From positions 1-60,907 of the forward strand of contig CAMOSR010000002.1 in the NCBI GenBank assembly GCA_946625165.1: a stretch of 60,907 nucleotides of DNA. The letters run 5' to 3'. A program made the position numbers and the translations under genes. The notes beneath the pieces were generated by a model. That model was not told the DNA's origin and made no database searches. It saw only the letters and a program-made list of their open reading frames with translations. Below, piece after piece: positions 1-8,725 of this stretch (its first letter is position 1; each line of letters begins with the position of its first letter). This DNA comes from an uncultured Bacillota bacterium (GTDB taxonomy: Bacteria; Bacillota_I; Bacilli_A; RF39; UBA660).

Positions 1-28
1 AAATTAAAAACTGCTTATTCAGCAGTTT
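1..28 (-). terminator. Rho-independent terminator overlapping the rpmF stop codon
   Basis: On the minus strand, AAACTGCT / AGCAGTTT form an 8-bp stem followed by a T-run. The stem spans the rpmF TAA. Confidence 0.5.
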
Positions 29-200
29 CTTGTTTTATTACTTCTTTTCCTTTATAAGTTCCACATTTTTTACAAACTCTATGTGGTTTTACTGGTTCGC
101 CACATTTTGGACATGTAGTCACAGCTTTTGCATTTATTTTATAATGTGTACGACGCATTCTTCCGCTAGTTTTACTAACTTTTCTAGCTGGTACAGCCAT
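15..200 (-). CDS. rpmF: 50S ribosomal protein L32 (bL32), zinc-ribbon form
   Basis: The 61-aa product starts [21 protein letters not shown] and carries CPKCG...CKKCG. It sits downstream of a DUF177 gene, the usual arrangement. Confidence 0.95.
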   Translation of the reverse strand: MAVPARKVSKTSGRMRRTHYKINAKAVTTCPKCGEPVKPHRVCKKCGTYKGKEVIKQETAE

Positions 201-242
201 TTTAACACCTCCTATTTATAGTCTTTAACTTAGCATTTACTT

Positions 243-671
243 TTAATTATCGCTATCAGTTATAAGTTCCCAACCTTCACCTTTTATATTTATGTTCTCG
301 GCTTCTGGATTAATAATTCTAATGGGAATTTCCATTAGTATATTTTCCCATATTATTGGCAAAATATCAATAGTTTTTTGGTTTTTTTTGAATTTTTCTT
401 CATTTTCTTCTAAATTTTCATCAATTTTTGTTTCAAATTCATAGTCTGTTGGCTTCAATGTCCTAGAACAAGGTAAGATCATTTTACCTTTGATAGTTAA
501 ATTTAAAATGTAACTATTTAAACTATCTATATAAATTTGCCCTTCTACTTTTACATTCTGAAGGTCTATAAGCTCTGTATCTTTTAAATCTTCTTTGGTA
601 AATAATAATTCTTCATTTATGTCTATTTGTTCTTTTAAACCAGCTTTTAATGGAGTTAAATCTATTATCAT
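243..671 (-). CDS. yceD: DUF177 / YceD-family protein (large-subunit rRNA accumulation protein)
   Basis: 142-aa acidic protein immediately upstream of rpmF, which is the conserved yceD-rpmF pairing. Internal CSR...P motif. Confidence 0.75.
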   Translation of the reverse strand: MIIDLTPLKAGLKEQIDINEELLFTKEDLKDTELIDLQNVKVEGQIYIDSLNSYILNLTIKGKMILPCSRTLKPTDYEFETKIDENLEENEEKFKKNQKTIDILPIIWENILMEIPIRIINPEAENINIKGEGWELITDSDN

Positions 672-769
672 TTTTCCCCTCCTTTTATAAATTATATATT
701 AATTCAAGTTTAAAAGCAAATTTTGTATAATTGCTTGTTTTATTTGGCAAACTATTTTTAGGTGAGTTT

Positions 770-1252
770 ATGAACTTTATATATTTAGGAATTTTTTTAT
801 TTAAAATTATAGAAGATGCATTAGCTACTTTGAGATTAATTGTCGTTAGTAATGGAAAAAAATTATTTGGGGCAATTTTACAGTTTATAACAACGATTAT
901 TTGGGTTCTTTTAGCTGGCACTGTTTTAATTAATTTTATGCAAGACTTTTGGAAAGTTGTAGCTTTTTCTTTTGGGGCTTTAGTTGGGTCATATGTTGGT
1001 TCTTTAATTGAAGAAAAAATTGCTTTAGGAAATAATTTATTTATGATAAAAATAAAAGAAGAAAAAATTTCTTCTTTAGTTCGTAAATTGAAAGCTAATA
1101 ATATTGATGTGGATAAAGTTAGGAGTGATAATGGAAATATAGTTATAGTAAGCGGTGCTAGAAAAAGAACTAAGCAGGTCATTAATTTAGTAAATTCTAT
1201 CGATAAAAATAATATTATACTGAGCGAAGAAATCAAAATTCTTTCTCATTAA
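770..1252 (+). CDS. UPF0316 / DUF2179-family membrane protein
   Basis: Begins MNFIYLGIFLFKIIEDALATLRLI, with three hydrophobic segments and a soluble C-terminal domain. GGTGAG Shine-Dalgarno lies before the ATG at 770. The track start at 731 is a TTG extension. Confidence 0.6.
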   Translation: MNFIYLGIFLFKIIEDALATLRLIVVSNGKKLFGAILQFITTIIWVLLAGTVLINFMQDFWKVVAFSFGALVGSYVGSLIEEKIALGNNLFMIKIKEEKISSLVRKLKANNIDVDKVRSDNGNIVIVSGARKRTKQVINLVNSIDKNNIILSEEIKILSH

Positions 1253-1859
1253 TAAAATCATATATTCTTTTACCTTTATCGGTAATAATATTTTCGTTTT
1301 TACTTTTTATATTTTTCGGCGAATTAATAGTCCAGCGAAATGTTTCTTTTTTTGGTAGTTTTCCTTTATATCTAAAGCTTACAGAGTTAAAATCAAAATT
1401 GTTTATGATATGATTTTTATTTAAACCGGCTCCAATTATAAGACCACATTTTATATCTTTATGCTTTGTGCTAAAGTATTTTATAAATTCATAATTAAAA
1501 CTACATACGTATATATTTAATTTATATTTACATAGAATTTGATATAGATATTTGGATGTTTTTCTTATTTTTTTATCGTCTTCTTTTACTTCTATTAATA
1601 GTATTTTATCACTATCTATTTTATCTAACAGTTCTCCTAAAGTATTTAAGCCTAGCTTTTGGAGTTTTTTTGAATTTGTTTGTTTAATGAAATATTCGTG
1701 ATAAAACGGATCATGGTTAATTATAAATTTATTATCTTTAGTAAGTCTTATGTCAAATTCAACTCCATCTATATAATTGGTATTTAGGCTATTGATTATG
1801 GCGTCCATGCTGTTTTCTCTATGAATCGAATCATTACCTCTATGTGCGATTATTTTCAT
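1233..1859 (-). CDS. Glycerophosphodiester phosphodiesterase family protein
   Basis: Starts MKIIAHRGN and contains ENSMDAI, GVEFDIRLTKD and INHD, the GDPD catalytic motifs. Confidence 0.8.
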   Translation of the reverse strand: MKIIAHRGNDSIHRENSMDAIINSLNTNYIDGVEFDIRLTKDNKFIINHDPFYHEYFIKQTNSKKLQKLGLNTLGELLDKIDSDKILLIEVKEDDKKIRKTSKYLYQILCKYKLNIYVCSFNYEFIKYFSTKHKDIKCGLIIGAGLNKNHIINNFDFNSVSFRYKGKLPKKETFRWTINSPKNIKSKNENIITDKGKRIYDFINEKEF

Positions 1860-1921
1860 GTTATCACCATATCATTATATGAAAATTGTCTATATATCTT
1901 TATAAAAAAAGCCTACTAAAT

Positions 1922-2620
1922 CTAAATAAGCTTTTCATTTTTTATATTTAATAATGGTTTTATTTTATTGTAAACTTGCCTGCTGATATCTTCTATGCTC
2001 TTAGGGTGAATGCCGTCTGCACACTCAATGGTTTCAAAGTTATATCTTTTTGCAAGTTCTAAATAAGATTCTTCAGCCATTTTTAAATGGCTTTTGTCTT
2101 TTTCGTGACCATCTGGGGCTTCTTTTCTATGTTCTTTTAATTCTTTTGCAGCTTCATAAGGCATATGCAGGAATATAGTTATATCTGGTTTAGGAAGCTC
2201 CATTAATTCAAATTCCAATTTTTCAAGGAAGTCATACATTTCTAATCTTTCTTTTTTATCTTTCATTTTCCCACCCTGATGGGCCATGTTTGAATAAATA
2301 TACCTATCTAATATAACGTTATAACCGTTTTCGAGTAAGAAAATTATTTTATCGATATTGTACTTTCTATCAGCAGTGTAATATAATGAAGCAACTTTAG
2401 GATCAACATTAACTGGTCCTTCTTCAAAATAGCTATTTCCAAGATATTCTTTTCCTAAATATGGTCCACCAATGATTTTTCCAGTTGGTGAATTATAATT
2501 TGGAAAACTAAAGTTTTGTACTTGGTGTCCTTCTTTACGAAGTCTTTTTATGAGTAGGTTTGTTTGTGTTTCTTTTCCGGAGCAGTCTGTTCCTTCAATG
2601 GCAATTAATTTTCCTTTCAT
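1922..2620 (-). CDS. tmk: dTMP (thymidylate) kinase family protein
   Basis: P-loop IAIEGTDCSGKET and a DRY motif. Located directly after folA and thyA. Confidence 0.8.
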   Translation of the reverse strand: MKGKLIAIEGTDCSGKETQTNLLIKRLRKEGHQVQNFSFPNYNSPTGKIIGGPYLGKEYLGNSYFEEGPVNVDPKVASLYYTADRKYNIDKIIFLLENGYNVILDRYIYSNMAHQGGKMKDKKERLEMYDFLEKLEFELMELPKPDITIFLHMPYEAAKELKEHRKEAPDGHEKDKSHLKMAEESYLELAKRYNFETIECADGIHPKSIEDISRQVYNKIKPLLNIKNEKLI

Positions 2621-2623
2621 AAG

Positions 2624-3094
2624 TTACCTCCTTTTATAAAGTACGTGTTTAAATAGTATTCCATTTTCCATATCTTCATCTAGATATATTCTTTGAAACT
2701 CTTTTTTGTTAAACTGTGGAAAAAAGGTGTCGGCATCTTTGTCCTCGGCCTCTATTTGAGTTAAAAATATTTTTTCTGCATATTCTAAAAACTCTTTATA
2801 GACATATGCTCCCCCAATTACAAAAGCTTCTTTATCTTTGCAATCCATGATTATGGCTTTCATATCGTTATAAACTTTAACACCTTCAATATTTATTTTT
2901 TTATTTGAAAGGACTATATGGTTTCTATGAGCAAGTAGTTTTGGCAATGACTCAAAAGTACGTCTTCCCATTATTACATCGTGGTCCCAAGTAATTTCTT
3001 TAAAAAATTCTAGGTCTTTTTTTAATGGCCAAATTAATTTATTATTCTTGCCTAATTCATTATTTTGACCAATAGCAGCAATCATATTAATCAT
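2624..3094 (-). CDS. folA: Dihydrofolate reductase
   Basis: Contains IAAIGQNNELGKNNKLIWP and MGRRTFESLP. Its ATG overlaps the thyA TGA (ATGA). Confidence 0.9.
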   Translation of the reverse strand: MINMIAAIGQNNELGKNNKLIWPLKKDLEFFKEITWDHDVIMGRRTFESLPKLLAHRNHIVLSNKKINIEGVKVYNDMKAIIMDCKDKEAFVIGGAYVYKEFLEYAEKIFLTQIEAEDKDADTFFPQFNKKEFQRIYLDEDMENGILFKHVLYKRR

Positions 3095-3987
3095 TGGGCG
3101 ATTGGGAATTTTATTGGGCCATGATGTTTATAGTTTTTAACTTTAATATCTTTACATTCTTTTGAAAAATCGTACTGTCCAAAGTGTTTATCAGGATTTA
3201 CCCATAAGGCTGGTGCGGGAAGTTCTTCTAGTTTTTCTCTTTCCAACTGTTCTCTTATTCCTTCTACTTGGTTTTCATAGATTTGGGCATCTTTAATAGA
3301 CCAATCTAGTGTTCCTGGTTCTAATCCTGCTTCTTTAGCAAATAAATATAGTAAGGCGGAATATTGAGTTACATTAAATGGAAGGCCTAATGGCACATCG
3401 CAACTTCTTTGATGAACCCAAGCATTTAATTTTCCATTTGTAACATCCCATTCACTCGACCAAACGCATGGTTTTAAAACGCCAGTTTCTAGGTCGGCTT
3501 CTTGCCATAAGCTTATAACATTTCTTCTATCAAAAGGATTTTCTTTTATTAGTTTAATAGCTCTATTTGCGAGATTATATTTTCTAACAACATAGCCGTA
3601 AGCTGTCCCAATAGTATGAGCATATTCTTTTCCGAAGTATTTTCTATCAAAGTCTAATATTTGATTACCGTCTTTATCAGTTTTATACTGTTTGGCATAC
3701 CAATATCCATCTTCAGCTATTTCCCATTCATCCCAAATATGAACATTTGCATTTTGAAGATCTCTAACATCATTTGACGCTTCTTGATAAATCCACAACA
3801 TTTCTAGAAAAGCTTGTCTAGAATATGTTTGTTTTGTTGTAAGAATTGGGAATTCTTCTCCTACATCTAGGTGGAAATGATAACTTGGAATTTTATAAGT
3901 ATCAATTCCGGTTCTATTTGGACTTTTTATTCCTTCATTAATTATTTTCTTACATAATTTTAAATACTCTTTATCCCATTTTGACAT
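3091..3987 (-). CDS. thyA: Thymidylate synthase (ThyA, long form with insertion)
   Basis: Contains PNRTGIDT, FPILTTK, PCVWSSEW and HQRSCDVPLGLPFNV, which includes the catalytic Cys region. Confidence 0.92.
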   Translation of the reverse strand: MSKWDKEYLKLCKKIINEGIKSPNRTGIDTYKIPSYHFHLDVGEEFPILTTKQTYSRQAFLEMLWIYQEASNDVRDLQNANVHIWDEWEIAEDGYWYAKQYKTDKDGNQILDFDRKYFGKEYAHTIGTAYGYVVRKYNLANRAIKLIKENPFDRRNVISLWQEADLETGVLKPCVWSSEWDVTNGKLNAWVHQRSCDVPLGLPFNVTQYSALLYLFAKEAGLEPGTLDWSIKDAQIYENQVEGIREQLEREKLEELPAPALWVNPDKHFGQYDFSKECKDIKVKNYKHHGPIKFPIAQ

Positions 3988-3997
3988 GGTTTTTCAC

Positions 3998-4573
3998 CTA
4001 ACTTTCTATGTCGTTATTTTTAAATGTGATATCCAAAAATTTTCTACTAGCTAAAAAGTCGCACATATGGACAAATTTTTGATATTTATTTTTTGGAAGT
4101 GGAAGCACTACATCACTATATGGATTTGTGTTCCAAGGTCCCATGTGACTTGATATGACTGACGCTATAAATTCTATTTCACTTTCTGTGAGTGTTAAGG
4201 CATTTTTATTTTCTTTTATAAAGTTGGCCATTAAAACTGGATGGTCAAATCTTGTATATTTTTCTTCGGTAATCCCATGTTTTAAACCGTCATGCATAAT
4301 TATGGAAATTATCATTAAGTCTTTCTCATCACTTGTAAATATATCACCGATGGAGTTGTCGGAAAGTATTTCATGTGCTATTCTAACGGCTGCTTTTGTG
4401 TGCCTAACAAGTCCACCATCTCCTAGGGCAAAGGTCGGATGATATTTTCCGGTCGAAGATGCAGATACTTTAAAAAAATAGTCTGGAAGTAAATTAATTA
4501 ATATTTTAGCATTTTCTTTATATTTATTGTTTTTTATATAAGAAAGTTCTCTTTTAAAAATCTCTTCTTTCAT
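3998..4573 (-). CDS. HD-domain phosphohydrolase, substrate unknown
   Basis: Contains GKYHP, RHTKA and IIMHDGLKHG (the HD motif). First gene of the thyA-folA-tmk string. Confidence 0.65.
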   Translation of the reverse strand: MKEEIFKRELSYIKNNKYKENAKILINLLPDYFFKVSASSTGKYHPTFALGDGGLVRHTKAAVRIAHEILSDNSIGDIFTSDEKDLMIISIIMHDGLKHGITEEKYTRFDHPVLMANFIKENKNALTLTESEIEFIASVISSHMGPWNTNPYSDVVLPLPKNKYQKFVHMCDFLASRKFLDITFKNNDIES

Positions 4574-4602
4574 ACTACCACCTAGCTACAATATATCACA
4601 AA

Positions 4603-5721
4603 CTATTGTTCGTGTAAAGTGAAATCTATTAACTTAACTAAAATTTCATTTGATGTATATAAGTAATTTTGATTAATGAATATGTTTGTGGATGTTTCGT
4701 TTAAAAAATTTTTTTCTTTTAATTTTTGTATTTCTTTTATATCATTTATATTTATATTGTATTTTTCTTTAAAGTTTTGTTTATTTATTCCTTTTGTTTT
4801 TCTAAAACCTAACATAAATTCATTTTGAATAGTTTCATTTATGTCTAAAATATGTGTATGGAGTTTATATTTTCCTTTTAGGTAATCTGTTAGGCTTCTA
4901 GTATTTTCATATCTAATATTTTTTATGTATCCACTTGCGCCTAAACCAAATCCATAATAATTTTGATTATTCCAATATACTAAGTTATGTTTTGATTCAA
5001 AATCTTTTTTTGCATAATTGCTTATTTCATAATGTATGTATTTGTTTTCTTTTAATGTTTTATTTATAAGATCATACATCTTTCTATCTATGTCTTCGTC
5101 TATTTCTTGGTAATGGTCTATAAATAATTTGGTATTAGGTTCTAATATAAGGCTATAAGTAGATATGTGGGCTGGGTTTAAGTTAATTATATTATCTAAA
5201 TCTTTTTTTACATCTTTAATACTTTGCCCTTTAAAACCGTACATTAAATCAATATTTATATTAGTAAAATAGTTAAAAGCATTTCTTAAGTTTTTAATAT
5301 TTAAGGTTCGATTTAGCTCTTTTATTTTTTCTTGATTAAATGTTTGAACGCCAATACTTAATCTATTAATATGTCCTTTTAAAAATTCTAATTTTTCGTC
5401 GTTTAAATCTTCACTATTGGCTTCTAAGGTGATTTCAGTATCTTTTTTAGTGTGGAAAATTTTTATTATGTCAAATAGTTTATTTAAAGATTTTATATCT
5501 AGTGAGCTTGGTGTTCCACCACCTATATATATTGTTTCTATTTCTTCGCCTTTATAATTTTGTTTTATCTCATTTTCTAAAGCTTTTAAATATTCATCCA
5601 CCCATTCATCTTTTTTTAACACTTTTGGAAAATCACAGTACGCGCATATTTTTGAACAGAAAGGAATGTGAATATAAGCGCTCATTTTTGGTGTTTGTTT
5701 TTCTTTACATATTTTTTTCAT
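4603..5721 (-). CDS. hemW: Radical SAM family haem chaperone HemW (HemN-like)
   Basis: YIHIPFCSKICAYCDF is the CxxxCxxC radical-SAM motif. Conserved position after lepA. AGGAGA Shine-Dalgarno before the ATG. Confidence 0.88.
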   Translation of the reverse strand: MKKICKEKQTPKMSAYIHIPFCSKICAYCDFPKVLKKDEWVDEYLKALENEIKQNYKGEEIETIYIGGGTPSSLDIKSLNKLFDIIKIFHTKKDTEITLEANSEDLNDEKLEFLKGHINRLSIGVQTFNQEKIKELNRTLNIKNLRNAFNYFTNINIDLMYGFKGQSIKDVKKDLDNIINLNPAHISTYSLILEPNTKLFIDHYQEIDEDIDRKMYDLINKTLKENKYIHYEISNYAKKDFESKHNLVYWNNQNYYGFGLGASGYIKNIRYENTRSLTDYLKGKYKLHTHILDINETIQNEFMLGFRKTKGINKQNFKEKYNININDIKEIQKLKEKNFLNETSTNIFINQNYLYTSNEILVKLIDFTLHEQ

Positions 5722-5853
5722 AATTCTCCTACAATTGTATTTTTTATTTCTTCTATATTTTTATTTACTTCATATGAGAAATTATTGCCTAAAATTTGTT
5801 TTTCATTTGGTGTTGGGATAATTGCAAGGTAATCATTAGCTTCTACTATGTCA

Positions 5854-7653
5854 TCACTCTTCGTCCATACTTAATACAGCTAAGAATGCTTCTTGTGGTA
5901 CTTCTACGTTACCAACCATTTTCATTCTTTTTTTGCCTTCTTTTTGTTTTTCGAGTAGTTTTCTTTTTCTTGTAATATCTCCGCCATAGCATTTAGCTAA
6001 AACATTTTTTCTTAAAGCTTTTATATCAGTCCTAGATATTACTTTTGAACCAATTACGGCTTGTATTGGAACTTCAAATAATTGTCTTGGAATTAATTTT
6101 CTAAGGGATTCAACAATGGCTTTTCCTCTTTTATAGGCAAAGTCTTTATGGACAATTAAACTTAAGGCGTCAATAACGTTTCCGTTTAGCAATATATCCA
6201 TTTTAACTAGGTCACTTGGTTTATAACCAATTAGGTCGTAATCAAATGAAGCATATCCTCTAGTTACACCTTTTAGTTTATCAAAAAAGTCGTAGACTAT
6301 TTCAGAAAGTGGTATTTCATAATGAATATTTACTCTTTCAGTATTTATGTATTCCATGCTTATATAATTTCCTCTTTTATTTTGACATAGTTCCATAATA
6401 GGTCCAATATATTCGGTTGGAACATATATGTTTGTTTTTATATATGGCTCTTCTATTACTTTTATATTTTGTCTATCTGGCATTTTAGATGGACTGTCAA
6501 TATTTATAATTTCACCGTCTGTTTTAGTTACCTTATATATTACCGATGGACTTGTGGCAATTAAATCAATATTAAATTCTCTTTCAATTCTCTCCTCAAT
6601 TATTTCCATGTGAAGCAGACCTAAAAATCCACATCTAAAGCCAAAGCCTAGGGCTTCTGATGTTTCAGGAATAAATTCTAGTGCGGCATCATTTAGTTTT
6701 AATTTTTCTAAAGCTTCTCTTAAGTCTGTGTATCTATTTGATTCTACGGGGTATAATCCGCAAAAAACCATTGGTTTCATAGGCTTATATCCTGGTAATT
6801 TTTCATCTGCTGGATTTTTTTCTAGAGTTATAGTGTCTCCTACTTTAATATCACTAATACTTTTTATACTTCCGCATATATATCCTACTTCGCCTGCGAC
6901 TAATTCTTGTTTTATTTCTTCTTTTGGATTATTTATTCCGAGCTCAGTTACTTCGTGAATAGCGTTTGTGGCCATTAATTTAATTTTATCTTTGACTTCT
7001 ATTTTTCCATCAACTATTCTAACTAGAGCAACTACACCTCTATAGGGATCAAAGTGGCTGTCAAAAACTAAAGCTCTTAGTTTGCCGTTTCTATCTCCTT
7101 TTGGGGCAGGTACTCTATCAATTATGGCTTCAACTAGTTCCTTTATTCCTTCTCCCGTTTTCGCACTTGTTAATAATATTTCGTCTTCGTTAAATCCTAG
7201 TGTATCAATTAGTTCTTTTTTTACTCTAGGAACATCGGCATTAGGCAGGTCTATTTTATTAATGACCGGAATTATTGTTAAATTATTCTCTATAGCTAGG
7301 TAGACATTTGCTAGAGTTTGAGCTTCGATTCCTTGAGCAGCATCCACAACTAAAACGGCGCCTTCACAGGCTGCTAAACTTCTTGATACTTCGTACGAAA
7401 AATCGACGTGTCCTGGGGTATCTATTAGGTGCATTATATAGTCATTATTTTTATAATTGTAGTGTAGTTGTACAGCGTTTAATTTTATGGTTATGCCTCT
7501 TTCTCTTTCAAGGTCCATACTATCTAATAATTGATCTTGTTTTTCTCTTTCGGTAATTGCTCCTGTAAGTTCTAAAATGCGGTCGGCAATAGTACTTTTG
7601 CCGTGATCAATGTGAGCAATAATTGAAAAGTTTCTGATGTTTTCCTGTTTCAT
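5854..7653 (-). CDS. lepA: Translation elongation factor 4 (LepA)
   Basis: Contains [24 protein letters not shown] and NKIDL, plus the LepA C-terminal domain. The start was moved to the ATG at 7653. The GTG at 7662 lies inside the AGGTGAT Shine-Dalgarno. Confidence 0.95.
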   Translation of the reverse strand: MKQENIRNFSIIAHIDHGKSTIADRILELTGAITEREKQDQLLDSMDLERERGITIKLNAVQLHYNYKNNDYIMHLIDTPGHVDFSYEVSRSLAACEGAVLVVDAAQGIEAQTLANVYLAIENNLTIIPVINKIDLPNADVPRVKKELIDTLGFNEDEILLTSAKTGEGIKELVEAIIDRVPAPKGDRNGKLRALVFDSHFDPYRGVVALVRIVDGKIEVKDKIKLMATNAIHEVTELGINNPKEEIKQELVAGEVGYICGSIKSISDIKVGDTITLEKNPADEKLPGYKPMKPMVFCGLYPVESNRYTDLREALEKLKLNDAALEFIPETSEALGFGFRCGFLGLLHMEIIEERIEREFNIDLIATSPSVIYKVTKTDGEIINIDSPSKMPDRQNIKVIEEPYIKTNIYVPTEYIGPIMELCQNKRGNYISMEYINTERVNIHYEIPLSEIVYDFFDKLKGVTRGYASFDYDLIGYKPSDLVKMDILLNGNVIDALSLIVHKDFAYKRGKAIVESLRKLIPRQLFEVPIQAVIGSKVISRTDIKALRKNVLAKCYGGDITRKRKLLEKQKEGKKRMKMVGNVEVPQEAFLAVLSMDEE

Positions 7654-7705
7654 GTTTATCACCTAATTTAATTATAAAGAAAAAACGATTATAATGCAAT
7701 AACCG

Positions 7706-8131
7706 TTATTTTTCACATACTGGCATGGTAGTATTAATTTGATTACATGTATAGCTGCCAAATTTAAGATTTGTAACAACGACAACTCCATCTTTAGTTA
7801 TTTCTATACTGCCACTAGTAGGCATTTTCCCTTTCATAGTAGCTCTTGCCATTGCACCAGGAGTATATTCATTATTGTTGCTATAAATTTTATAACCGTT
7901 TTCATTATAAACTACTTTGAATGGTAAGTTAACTTCATCGATTAGGTTTATTGTAGTATATAAGGTCTTTACATTTTCGATGATATTTTTGGTGCTTATT
8001 TGGGCTGATGTCTGCATTGATTTGTTTATTAATTTAGTTACTGCAGGAAATAGTATCATTATAATGATAAAAAGTACAATAATAACTAACCCGTTTTCAA
8101 CCATTTTTATTCCTTTTACATTATCATCCAT
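7706..8131 (-). CDS. Degenerate type IV pilin-like protein (paralogue of the upstream pilin)
   Basis: From the ATG at 8131 it reads MDDNVKG/IKMVENGLVIIVLFIIIMILF. That gives Gly then Glu at +5 of a prepilin-type site, followed by a hydrophobic helix. The C-terminus, GSIEITKDGVVVVTNLKFGSYTCNQ...C, resembles GTVSIDENGKVKVEKLKFGKYYCGG...C of the neighbouring gene. Confidence 0.55.
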   Translation of the reverse strand: MDDNVKGIKMVENGLVIIVLFIIIMILFPAVTKLINKSMQTSAQISTKNIIENVKTLYTTINLIDEVNLPFKVVYNENGYKIYSNNNEYTPGAMARATMKGKMPTSGSIEITKDGVVVVTNLKFGSYTCNQINTTMPVCEK

Positions 8132-8180
8132 CTTATCAGCCTCTATTATAATGATAACATAATGAGTATTTTTATTCAAG

Positions 8181-8202
8181 AAAAAAGATGACCTAAGTCA
8201 TC
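8181..8202 (-). terminator. Rho-independent terminator between the two tandem pilin genes
   Basis: On the minus strand, GATGAC-TTAG-GTCATC is followed by TTTTTT. Confidence 0.55.
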
Positions 8203-8205
8203 CTA

Positions 8206-8631
8206 TTAATCTGAAGTAGTTTCACCATCTGGATTAGTAGTACATGTTACTGTGTCTTCTCCACCGCAGTAATATTTACCAAATTTTAATTTTTCAACTT
8301 TTACTTTTCCGTTTTCGTCTATTGAAACTGTACCACTTTCTGGTTTATTACCATTTATGGCAACTTTCTTATTGGTTTCACCGATTGTTAATGTTTTATT
8401 ATCAGCAAAGTCAACTGTAACACTTGTTGGAGCGTTTGTATCTAATTGAGCTTGTGAAAACGCGCGTTTTACAGCTTCGACAACACCGTATGCGCTAGCT
8501 TCAGCAGCTTTTTGTCTTGCATCTTCTACGGCATTTAGAACCATTGGTGTAGCAATTAAGGCGATAATAGCTAAGATAACGATTACAGCTAAAAGTTCAA
8601 TTAGAGTAAAACCTTTTTGATTTTGTTTCAT
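8206..8631 (-). CDS. Type IV pilin / pseudopilin with prepilin-type N-terminal cleavage-methylation domain
   Basis: Reads MKQNQKG/FTLIELLAVIVILAIIALIATP, with a C-terminal Cys pair. GAGGAGGTGAT Shine-Dalgarno lies before the ATG at 8631. Confidence 0.85.
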   Translation of the reverse strand: MKQNQKGFTLIELLAVIVILAIIALIATPMVLNAVEDARQKAAEASAYGVVEAVKRAFSQAQLDTNAPTSVTVDFADNKTLTIGETNKKVAINGNKPESGTVSIDENGKVKVEKLKFGKYYCGGEDTVTCTTNPDGETTSD

Positions 8632-8725
8632 CAGTATCACCTCCTCGCCCCTTACTTTATTTTTAATATATCACATTTTTTGACATAAATCAATAGATAA
8701 CCTATTTTAAAATTTTGTTAAGATA

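Noticed and set aside
685-1236. 183-aa minus-strand ORF covering almost the whole UPF0316 gene
   Set aside because: It is antisense to a gene with a good Shine-Dalgarno sequence and a recognisable family. Its product is low-complexity Ile/Leu/Phe/Ser, typical of the reverse frame of AT-rich coding DNA. It has no ribosome-binding site.
7654-7662. GTG starts reported by the ORF track for lepA, polC (45642), rpoE (50544), spoIIP (22729), the histidine kinase (26343), the pilin (8640), the lipoprotein (15200) and lemA (55318)
   Set aside because: In most of these cases the GTG is the GTG inside (or immediately after) the Shine-Dalgarno sequence AGGTGAT/GGGTGAG, and a proper ATG follows about 4-8 nt later. 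spoIIP is the exception: its GTG at 22729 lies 4 nt upstream of the AAGGTGAT element rather than inside it. I treated them all as over-extensions, not as unusual N-termini.
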